Assembly: GCA_041592395.1 (NCBI GenBank)
Contig: JBFHQD010000001.1
Location: 1-58,810, forward strand
Length of the DNA stretch: 58,810 nucleotides
Direction of reading: 5' to 3'
From: Bacteroidales bacterium
GTDB taxonomy: Bacteria; Bacteroidota; Bacteroidia; Bacteroidales; UBA12170
Part shown: in pieces, positions 51,189 to 58,810 of the stretch
Position numbering within the stretch: the stretch's first letter is position 1
Layout: each line of letters opens with the position of its first letter
Translations under genes and position numbers: made by a program
Notes under the pieces: generated by a model
Databases searched by the model: none
What the model saw: only the letters and a program-made list of their open reading frames with translations
What the model was told of the DNA's origin: nothing

Positions 51189-51893
51189 TTATTTATTAAA
51201 ACTTTGTAAAATATTTTCATTGATTATTTGTCCGTCAAATAAGCGAACAACTCGGTTGGCATAAGAGGCATCGCGTTGCGAGTGTGTTACCATAATAATG
51301 GTGGTGCCTTCTTTATTTAAATCGTTTAAAATACGCATAACTTCTTCGCCGTGAGCAGAATCCAGGTTTCCGGTGGGTTCATCGGCTAAAATCAATTTAG
51401 GAACGCCAACTACAGCTCTGGCTACGGCCACACGTTGCTGCTGACCACCACTTAATTGCTGAGGGAAATGGTATTTTCGATGTAAAATGTGCATCTTTTC
51501 TAATGCTTTTAACACCATTCTTTTCCGAGCTAATGAAGTATAACCCATGTAAATAAGCGGAAGTTCAACATTTTCGTAAACATTGAGCTCCTCTATTAGA
51601 TTAAAATTTTGAAAAATATAACCCAGGTTTTTCTTTCGGAGCTGGGCTCTCTTTTTTTCTTTAAATTTCGATGTTTCTTGATTTAGAAAATAATAGGTTC
51701 CTGAACTTGGATTATCAAGTAGCCCTAAAATATTAAGCAAAGTGGATTTGCCACATCCCGAAGGTCCCATTATGGCTACAAACTCTCCTTCCTTTACATC
51801 AAGCGAAACATCTTGTATGGCTTTCGTTTCAACTTCTGCATTACAGTATATCTTTGTTAAGCCTGCAGTTTTTATCATCGTTTCTTTGTTCAT
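51189..51893 (-). CDS. ABC transporter ATP-binding protein (LolD/MacB-like)
   Basis: GPSGCGKS, LSGGQQQR, LADEPTGNLD, VTH. Confidence 0.95.
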   Translation of the reverse strand: MNKETMIKTAGLTKIYCNAEVETKAIQDVSLDVKEGEFVAIMGPSGCGKSTLLNILGLLDNPSSGTYYFLNQETSKFKEKKRAQLRKKNLGYIFQNFNLIEELNVYENVELPLIYMGYTSLARKRMVLKALEKMHILHRKYHFPQQLSGGQQQRVAVARAVVGVPKLILADEPTGNLDSAHGEEVMRILNDLNKEGTTIIMVTHSQRDASYANRVVRLFDGQIINENILQSFNK

Positions 51894-51980
51894 TTTGGCT
51901 CGACTAATTTAGGAATTATTGTGTAAAACGGATCTATTATAAAATGCCTACCGGATCAGCTGAAGTTTTTTTTAGGCAAA

Positions 51981-51994
51981 CATGAATTATGCCG
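51981..51994 (-). promoter_or_regulatory. Candidate sigma54 (-24/-12) promoter for the ABC operon
   Basis: Minus strand CGGCATAATTCATG resembles TGGCAC-N5-TTG; imperfect -12 element. Confidence 0.4.
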
Positions 51995-52058
51995 TATCTC
52001 TATAGTACAGATAATCAGTTGTTAAGAAAAATATTCTTGTTATTTATGTGTTAATTAT

Positions 52059-52096
52059 TGTACGATATCGAGCAAAAATTTGTACATTTACGGACA
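52059..52096. promoter_or_regulatory. Tandem imperfect palindromes, candidate enhancer (bEBP) sites
   Basis: TGTACGATATCGAGCA and TGTACATTTACGGACA, 22-bp period, immediately before the NtrC-family gene. Confidence 0.6.
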
Positions 52097-52110
52097 ATAA
52101 TTCAATACAA

Positions 52111-53487
52111 ATGAGAAAAGTTGAAGCTAAAATTTTAGTTGTCGATGATGACAAGGATGTCTTGTTGGCGGCCAAGCTTTTTTTAAGTCAGTATTTTACG
52201 GCCGTACATACGGAAACAAACCCGGAGTTTATTCCTGATTTAATGCGAGCCGAAAATTACGACATTATTTTGTTAGATATGAATTTCTCTCGCGATGCGA
52301 CTAGCGGTCAAGAGGGTTTTTATTGGCTGAATCGCGCATTGGAAATCGATCCGGCGGCCGTAATTATCTTTATTACTGGATACGGTGATATTGAGTTGGC
52401 GGTACAGGGTATTAAAGAAGGAGCAACAAACTTCATTCTAAAACCTTGGGATAATCAGAAATTGCTGGCAGAAATTACTGCTAATTTGCAAGTGCGCGAG
52501 TCGAAAAAAGAATTGGTTTTGCTTCGAGATAAGCAAAAGCATCTGATGTCGGATATGGATTCTCCTTTTGTGGATATCATTGGGCATTCTCCGGCTATCG
52601 AAAAAGTTTTGAATACAGTTAAAAAAGTGGCGCAGACGGATGCGAATGTTTTGCTTCTTGGTGAAAACGGAACAGGAAAAGAACTAATTGCAAGAGCGAT
52701 TCACCGAATCTCAGAACGTAAAGACGAAGTTTTTATTTCGGTTGATTTGGGAGCGATTACCGAAACCCTTTTCGAAAGTGAGCTTTTTGGCTATAAAAAA
52801 GGAGCCTTTACCGATGCGAAAGAAGATCGCGCGGGTCGATTTGAAGCGGCTTCGGGAGGAACCATCTTTTTAGATGAAATTGGAAATTTGAGTTATAGCC
52901 TACAATCTAAATTATTAAGTGTACTTCAGAACCGAAAAGTGGTTCGATTAGGAACACATACCGAAATACCTATCAATGTACGCGTCATTTGCGCAACCAA
53001 TATGTCGCTTTACGAAATGGTTGATGAAGGTAAGTTTCGGCAGGATTTATTATACCGCGTAAACACGGTGGAAATTCAAATTCCGCCACTAAGAGAAAGA
53101 ATAGATGATATTCCCGACTTATTGAAGCATTTTTTGAATGTGTATGTAAAAAAATACCGTTTGCCTAAGAAACGAGTGAGTATTTCAGCAATAAAAAGAT
53201 TGAAAAAACACACGTGGCCGGGCAATATTAGAGAGCTACAGCATTCCGTTGAAAGAGCCGTTATTATGGCCGAGGAAACAACCCTGCAAGCACACGATTT
53301 CTTTTTGGCCAAATCAAATCAAAAAGATTCCATATTGAATGCTGAAAATCTTAACCTGCAAGAAACAGAACGAATTTTAATTCGAAAAGTGATAGATAAA
53401 CATGGGGGCAATATTTCTAAAGCCGCTAAAGAATTAGGATTGACACGCGCTTCCCTTTATCGCCGAATAGAAAAATATGATTTATAA
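52111..53487 (+). CDS. Sigma54-dependent response regulator (NtrC family)
   Basis: Receiver VDDD/LLDM, GENGTGKE, GAFTDA, FRQDLLYR, WPGNIREL, Fis HTH; ATG at 52111. Confidence 0.95.
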   Translation: MRKVEAKILVVDDDKDVLLAAKLFLSQYFTAVHTETNPEFIPDLMRAENYDIILLDMNFSRDATSGQEGFYWLNRALEIDPAAVIIFITGYGDIELAVQGIKEGATNFILKPWDNQKLLAEITANLQVRESKKELVLLRDKQKHLMSDMDSPFVDIIGHSPAIEKVLNTVKKVAQTDANVLLLGENGTGKELIARAIHRISERKDEVFISVDLGAITETLFESELFGYKKGAFTDAKEDRAGRFEAASGGTIFLDEIGNLSYSLQSKLLSVLQNRKVVRLGTHTEIPINVRVICATNMSLYEMVDEGKFRQDLLYRVNTVEIQIPPLRERIDDIPDLLKHFLNVYVKKYRLPKKRVSISAIKRLKKHTWPGNIRELQHSVERAVIMAEETTLQAHDFFLAKSNQKDSILNAENLNLQETERILIRKVIDKHGGNISKAAKELGLTRASLYRRIEKYDL

Positions 53488-54829
53488 GCATTTTCGCCTC
53501 GTTATTTTTTTTAGGGTATTGCTGCTGCTTGTAAATACCCTTTTTGTCGTTTATTTTTATTCAAAAAACGAATTCATAACGACTTGGTTTTTAGTGGGTG
53601 TTCTTCTCATTCAAACGTATATGTTAATCTACTATGCCGAGCAAAGCAATCGCCGATTAATCAAATTTCTAGACAGCATTAAGTACCACGATTTTGCTAC
53701 AACGTTTTCAAGTAATGTTAAAGGGAAAACATACGAACATTTAAATGCTTCGTTTAACGAAGTTATCCAGCTATTTAAAAATACACGAGCCGAGAAAGAA
53801 GCCCAATACAATTATTTGCAAACCGTTATTCAGCATGTGAGTATCGGAATTATTGCCTATCGAAAAGACGGTGAAGTGGATATTGTAAACAATGCCATTA
53901 AACGTTTATTTGGTATTAATAACCTGAAACATCTTCAACAAATAGACGAGATAGACGAAAGTATTACGCATCAATTATTAAATATAAAGGCGGGAGATTC
54001 TATTCTTATCAAACTGTTGAAAGAAGATGAAGTTTTGCAATTAGCCGTGGTAGCTACCGAATTTAAAAAACACGGCGAAGAGTATTTATTGGTTAGTTTT
54101 CAGGATATTAACTCCGAATTGGAGGCCAAAGAAATTGAATCGTGGCAAAATCTAATTCGTGTTTTAACCCACGAAATTATGAATTCCATTACCCCAATTT
54201 CTTCTTTGGCCACTACGGTTAATCAAATGATTTTTGAAGAAAACACTTCGCATATTGCAATGAAGGATTTAAATGCCGGTGAAATGGAGGATATTAAGTT
54301 GGCCCTCGAAACCATAGGTAAAAGGAGCGAAGGACTCCTTAACTTTGTGGAATTGTATCGTAACCTAACCCGAATTCCAAAACCAAACTTCAGACATATT
54401 CCGGTATATGAACTGATTCAAAATTTAGAGCAGTTATTCGCTGTTCAACTTAAAGAAAACAAGATCGATTTTAAATATAAAATATTGCCCGAAACGCTTC
54501 ATTTGACAGCCGATCCGGATTTACTCGAACAAGTTTTGATCAATTTAGTACTAAATGCTATTCAGGCACTTGAAGGTATTTCAAACCCGAAAATTAAAAT
54601 TGTTTCTCGATTCAATAGAAATAATCGGGTAATTATCGAGATTGCGGATAATGGTAAAGGGGTTAAATCCGATTTATTGGACAAAATATTTATGCCTTTT
54701 TTTACTTCTAAAAAAGAGGGTTCAGGCATCGGATTGAGTTTGTCGCGTCAAATTATGCATATGCATAAGGGAAGCATTCATGTAAAATCAATAACAAACA
54801 AAGGAAGTGTATTTACACTCGTTTTTTAA
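53477..54829 (+). CDS. Sensor histidine kinase (NtrY-like, PAS)
   Basis: Two TMs, LTHEIMNSITP, NLVLNA, DNGKG, GSGIGL; overlaps the regulator stop. Confidence 0.93.
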   Translation: MIYKHFRLVIFFRVLLLLVNTLFVVYFYSKNEFITTWFLVGVLLIQTYMLIYYAEQSNRRLIKFLDSIKYHDFATTFSSNVKGKTYEHLNASFNEVIQLFKNTRAEKEAQYNYLQTVIQHVSIGIIAYRKDGEVDIVNNAIKRLFGINNLKHLQQIDEIDESITHQLLNIKAGDSILIKLLKEDEVLQLAVVATEFKKHGEEYLLVSFQDINSELEAKEIESWQNLIRVLTHEIMNSITPISSLATTVNQMIFEENTSHIAMKDLNAGEMEDIKLALETIGKRSEGLLNFVELYRNLTRIPKPNFRHIPVYELIQNLEQLFAVQLKENKIDFKYKILPETLHLTADPDLLEQVLINLVLNAIQALEGISNPKIKIVSRFNRNNRVIIEIADNGKGVKSDLLDKIFMPFFTSKKEGSGIGLSLSRQIMHMHKGSIHVKSITNKGSVFTLVF

Positions 54830-54838
54830 AATTAGAAT

Positions 54839-55411
54839 ATGGTAAAAAAAACAAAATTTGAATTCACTGTTAATGAACTTATTCAAAATAGATGGAGTCC
54901 GAGAGCTTTTTCGGATAAAAAAATTGAAAAAGAAAAACTGCAAAGTATTTTCGAGGCTGCACGATGGTCGGCATCTGCTTTTAATGCGCAGCCTTGGCGT
55001 TTTTTAGTTGCTTATAAAGGCGATGAGAATCATCAAAAAATCGTGGACAGTATGGTTGAGTTTAATCAGCTATGGGCGAGTAAAGCACCGGTGCTTGTTC
55101 TGAATTGTTATGCTAAGCATTTTTCGCATAATGCGCAACCAAACCCAACAGCACAATACGATTTAGGTCAAGCGGTTGCATACTATTCTTTAGAAGCAAC
55201 TGATCTGGGTTTATTTGTTCATCAAATGACCGGTTTTGATGCTGCCAAAGCGCATAAGTTACTTGCTTTGAATGATGAAATAAGCGTGTTTAGCGTAACG
55301 GCAATGGGCTATTTGGGTCAAGTGGAATCGCTTCCGGAAGATATGCAGAAAATGGAAAATGCGGAATCGCCTCGTATGCCTCAAAAGGGGTTTTTGTTGA
55401 ATGCCTTATAA
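54839..55411 (+). CDS. Nitroreductase family protein
   Basis: RWSPRAF, AARWSAS.FN.QPWRF, HQMTGFD. Confidence 0.92.
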   Translation: MVKKTKFEFTVNELIQNRWSPRAFSDKKIEKEKLQSIFEAARWSASAFNAQPWRFLVAYKGDENHQKIVDSMVEFNQLWASKAPVLVLNCYAKHFSHNAQPNPTAQYDLGQAVAYYSLEATDLGLFVHQMTGFDAAKAHKLLALNDEISVFSVTAMGYLGQVESLPEDMQKMENAESPRMPQKGFLLNAL

Positions 55412-55462
55412 TTATTAAAAGTGTATGATTTGCTTTAATAACTTTGCAAAAAGAAGATTACA

Positions 55463-56461
55463 ATGAAAAATTTCAGCTTTATTTTTTTGTTTGGCCTATT
55501 GATTGCATTCACATCTTGCGAAAATGCGAATAAGACAGCTAAAAAAGAAGTGCCTGCAGTGCAATCCACGCTCAAAATTCCTGAATTTAACGGCGATTCT
55601 GCCTATGCTTTTGTGGCTGCACAAACCCATTTTGGTCCTCGCGTTCCCAATACGGAGGCACACGAAAAATGTGCTGAATATTTAATTGCCAAGCTGAAAG
55701 AATATTCAGATACCGTTTTCGTACAAAGGTTTCAGGCCCGTGCTTTTGATGCTACTTTACTGAACGGCAAGAATATTATCGGAAGCTTTAATCCAAAGTC
55801 GAAAAAACGAATATTTCTCTCTGCACATTGGGATTCTCGTCCTTTTGCCGATCAAGATCCGGATGATAAGAATTACCATACACCTATCGATGGGGCTAAT
55901 GATGGAGCCAGTGGTGTGGGGGTTTTAATTGAGATAGCAAGATTAATGCAATTGGAAAAACCGGAAATAGGTGTTGATATTATTTTGTTTGATTTGGAGG
56001 ACTATGGTACGCCCGAGTTTGCTTCACGACAAGCAAATTCAACAGAAACTTGGGCCTTGGGTTCTCAATATTGGTCACTGAATCCTCATCTTTTTAATTA
56101 CACGGCTCAGTATGGTATATTATTAGATATGGTAGGAGCCAAAGGAGCCGTATTTAAACGAGAGGACTTCTCTATGTTGTATGCTCCACAAGTAGTTAAA
56201 AAAGTATGGGAAATTGCAATCAACGCTGGTTACGGCGATTATTTTTTGCTCGAAAACGGATCATCTGTCCTCGACGATCATTATTTTATTAATCGCGATG
56301 CACGTATTCCAACCATCGATATAATACAGCACGATTCAGAATCTTCGTCTGGATTTTATAAACATTGGCATACTTTAGAAGATAATCTGGAGAATATTGA
56401 TAAAGAATCCTTAAAAGCAGTTGGGCAAGTCGTTACTGAGGTGGTTTATCGTGAAAAATAA
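55463..56461 (+). CDS. M28-family lipoprotein, probable glutaminyl cyclase
   Basis: Lipobox FTSC, FGPRVPN, AHWDSRP, GANDGASG, DLEDYG, LLDMVG, DDH, WHT..D. Confidence 0.82.
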   Translation: MKNFSFIFLFGLLIAFTSCENANKTAKKEVPAVQSTLKIPEFNGDSAYAFVAAQTHFGPRVPNTEAHEKCAEYLIAKLKEYSDTVFVQRFQARAFDATLLNGKNIIGSFNPKSKKRIFLSAHWDSRPFADQDPDDKNYHTPIDGANDGASGVGVLIEIARLMQLEKPEIGVDIILFDLEDYGTPEFASRQANSTETWALGSQYWSLNPHLFNYTAQYGILLDMVGAKGAVFKREDFSMLYAPQVVKKVWEIAINAGYGDYFLLENGSSVLDDHYFINRDARIPTIDIIQHDSESSSGFYKHWHTLEDNLENIDKESLKAVGQVVTEVVYREK

Positions 56462-56543
56462 CGAGGAACTTGATATAAATCTTAGGCCCTTTTTATTTAT
56501 ACATTTTCAAGTTGGATACTAGGGGCAAAGTATAAGATGATAG

Positions 56544-56579
56544 TTAAGGGATGACTACTATTTAGTAACCATCCCTTAA
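56544..56579 (-). terminator. Long hairpin, probable terminator
   Basis: TTAAGGGATG...CATCCCTTAA; fully paired on the minus strand with G-U pairs, just after the M56 stop. Confidence 0.65.
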
Positions 56580-56584
56580 TTGTT

Positions 56585-58240
56585 TTAAAATTTGCAGGGT
56601 AATATATAATTGACTTCAACAGCTTTTCCTCGCTGTCTTCCGGGGTTCCACTTTTCCATATTCATAATGATACTTGCGGCTCCCTTAGCGGCTAATTCAT
56701 TGTCTTTTTCTAGAATTCGAATCGATGTTGCTTCGCCGTTTTTATTAATCGTGAAGCTTACTTTGGCAGATCCGCTTATCCCTTTTTCTTTTGCAAGTTT
56801 CTCCTGCGATTTGCTGATATAGTCGCTCAAAGCCTTATAGCCACCGGGGTATTGGGGTAGTTCTTCTACAACATAAAAGACTTCCTTTTCATCCCCCCTT
56901 TTTGGTTTAGGTGGAGGTGGTGATACATCCTTAGGTTTGTTTAATTCGGAAGGCGGTGGAGGCGGTGGAGGAGGAGGTGTATCTGCAGTGTTGAAGTCAG
57001 AAGCTGGAGTTGTAGGTTGGGCATTAAGTATTTCAGGAGAAAGCAGAATTGCTGTTTCTGGCATTCTAATAGTTATATTTTTGTCGTCCCCTTGCATCTT
57101 AATCAGCTCTTCTGCTGTAAAAAATAAGGTCTTTTTGCCAACATAAGTAAAGACTAGCGATGATTTTTCTGCTAATTCAATTTTAAAATTTCCCCCATGG
57201 TCAGAGGTCGTTCCTCGATTTGTTCCTTTCCTAATAATGGATACTCCGGCAAGAGCATCTCCATTCTCATCGGTCACTTTTCCCGATAACAAGGTTGCTT
57301 TTTGCTGAGGTGCATATTCGCTCGCATCTTGCGTTTTTTGATATTTAGAAATTTGATAATCGGGTTTTGCAAATGCAAATAGTAAAAAGGCAAGTACAGG
57401 TAAAGACCAAACCAATTTAATGGCTTTTATCTTTGGCGTTTTTTGTTTTGTCATCATTTTTAATCTGTTTGAATTAATGGAATAGTTGAGATTGTTGGTG
57501 ATTCCGATAATCTGCATACCCATTAGTTGATTTATTAATAAAGCTTGATATTTACCAAGATGTATCCCTTTTGAAAGAATACCTTGGTCGGCTAAAAACT
57601 CGTGATTGAGTTTGATAGAATGTTCAAAGAACCATATTATTGGGTTGAACCAGAAGATGACTGTTAACAGTTCTATAATTAACAAATCGACCCAGTGTTT
57701 TTCGCGAATGTGCACAGTTTCGTGAGCCAGTATTTCCGGCAAGTCGTTCTGATTAATATATTTGGGGTTGATAAAAACGATATTGAAAAAAGAAAATGGT
57801 AAATCGTATTTTTTTGTTTCAACAACAAGTAGTCCTTGTATTGTTTTTGTTTTATTTGAAAAGCGTTCGAAAATTAAACGGCTAGCTTGAATCAATAATC
57901 TCAGAAATAAGAGCGTAACTCCGGTTAAATAGACAATGACTATAGCTTGCGTATACCCAAACGATATGGATTGCTTGAATCCCTCACCCGTATAGGGTTG
58001 AATTTCTTTAAATGAATGTCCAATGGTACGGAAAAGGTTCGTATCGTTTAGCCCATACTCAATAAATACAGTGTAATGAATGGGGAAAAATGGTAAAATA
58101 ATGGCAATTACAACGGTAGTAATAAGATAGAGTCGGTTGGCAATAAAATAGGTTTCTTTTTTTAGCAATAACCAGTAAATCAGGTAAAAAAGAATCAAAG
58201 CTAGAGATGCTTGAATACTATATATGAATAGATTATTCAT
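56585..58240 (-). CDS. BlaR1/M56 peptidase-like antirepressor fused to CarboxypepD_reg-like, Pro-rich and TonB C-terminal domains
   Basis: PFSFF, HETVH, WFNP, HEFLAD, polyproline tract, VVEELPQYPGG...WNPGRQRGKAV; ATG at 58240. Confidence 0.88.
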   Translation of the reverse strand: MNNLFIYSIQASLALILFYLIYWLLLKKETYFIANRLYLITTVVIAIILPFFPIHYTVFIEYGLNDTNLFRTIGHSFKEIQPYTGEGFKQSISFGYTQAIVIVYLTGVTLLFLRLLIQASRLIFERFSNKTKTIQGLLVVETKKYDLPFSFFNIVFINPKYINQNDLPEILAHETVHIREKHWVDLLIIELLTVIFWFNPIIWFFEHSIKLNHEFLADQGILSKGIHLGKYQALLINQLMGMQIIGITNNLNYSINSNRLKMMTKQKTPKIKAIKLVWSLPVLAFLLFAFAKPDYQISKYQKTQDASEYAPQQKATLLSGKVTDENGDALAGVSIIRKGTNRGTTSDHGGNFKIELAEKSSLVFTYVGKKTLFFTAEELIKMQGDDKNITIRMPETAILLSPEILNAQPTTPASDFNTADTPPPPPPPPPSELNKPKDVSPPPPKPKRGDEKEVFYVVEELPQYPGGYKALSDYISKSQEKLAKEKGISGSAKVSFTINKNGEATSIRILEKDNELAAKGAASIIMNMEKWNPGRQRGKAVEVNYILPCKF

Positions 58241-58613
58241 GATTATTTGGTTTATTGAGTTCGTTTTCTGCAATCTTTATCATTGCTTCCAACTCGCGAA
58301 TACTTAAATTGTTCTCTTTCGCAAAAAAGGTTGCCATTTTGGGAAATGATCCCGAAAAGTAGTTGGTAAGTAAAAAACTAAACTGATCGCGTGTATATTC
58401 TCTTTTACTAAGTGTAGGATAAAACTGGTAGATATTACCAAGTGGCTTGTGCGATACATATCCTTTTTTTTCTAAAACTTTTAAAACTGTGGCTACTGTA
58501 GTATATGCGGGGGGCGTGTCTTCAAAACCCTCCACAACTTCCTTGACCGTTGCTTCTTTTAAATGCCAAAGAATCTGCATTATTTGCTCTTCTGCTTTTG
58601 TAAGTGTTTTCAT
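58233..58613 (-). CDS. BlaI/MecI/CopY family repressor
   Basis: LTKAEEQIMQILW, AYTTVAT..VLEKKG, YFSGS. Confidence 0.93.
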   Translation of the reverse strand: MKTLTKAEEQIMQILWHLKEATVKEVVEGFEDTPPAYTTVATVLKVLEKKGYVSHKPLGNIYQFYPTLSKREYTRDQFSFLLTNYFSGSFPKMATFFAKENNLSIRELEAMIKIAENELNKPNNHE

Positions 58614-58645
58614 TGTGGTACTAAATTAAATTACGACAAATATAG

Positions 58646-58681
58646 TACTATATTTATAGTAATGCAACTATATTGATAGTA
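58646..58681. promoter_or_regulatory. Tandem palindromic operators, probable BlaI autoregulatory sites
   Basis: TACTATATTTATAGTA and AACTATATTGATAGTA, 20-bp period, adjacent to minus-strand TATATTTG (58637-58644). Confidence 0.7.
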
Positions 58682-58810
58682 AATTTAAAAATAAAAGTAT
58701 AAAGTGTTTATATACAGCGATATATAAAAATTAAAATTTTTGTGCTTATCGGGTTACATTTTTTGCTGTTCGATAGATTTTGTAATGGGCGTTTGAATAT
58801 CACCCGTATG

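Noticed and set aside
56953-56980. GGA/GGC/GGT triplet repeat as a contingency locus
   Set aside because: Mixed codons encoding the ordinary polyproline linker of a TonB domain
1-58810. CRISPR arrays, rRNA/tRNA, IS elements, prophage or defence genes
   Set aside because: No repeat-spacer periodicity, RNA gene signatures, or recombinase, transposase or phage motifs seen by eye; a tRNAscan/Rfam run would confirm

Overview
AT-rich chromosomal segment of a Bacteroidota (Bacteroidales/Marinilabiliales-like) bacterium. The assignment rests on TAnnTTTG -7 promoter elements before many genes, a MurF-Alr fusion, a T9SS plug-type gene and a Bacteroidota-type glutaminyl cyclase. Most of the window is housekeeping: cell wall and envelope genes (PBP1A end, murF-alr, kdsB, SPOR protein, ugd/uxs/rfbD), pdxA, menI-menF, an ADP-forming acyl-CoA ligase, a complete nqrABCDEF-apbE locus, a fatty-acid module (two fadD paralogs, a thioesterase, a FadF/EMO-like oxidoreductase), a sigma54 two-component system divergent from a MacB-type ABC operon, and a BlaI/BlaR1-TonB pair. 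I saw no rRNA, tRNA, CRISPR array, transposase or integrase. The best leads are: (1) tandem LruC-domain lipoprotein paralogs, one split by a single in-frame TGA at an Arg position, with a shared upstream motif and contrasting charge; (2) a shared palindromic operator (TACTATGCATGCAT) outlining a fatty-acid regulon; (3) a sigma54/enhancer-controlled ABC operon carrying a small uncharacterised gene; (4) an outer-membrane barrel gene coupled to apbE. All family calls come from motif recognition by eye, not database searches.
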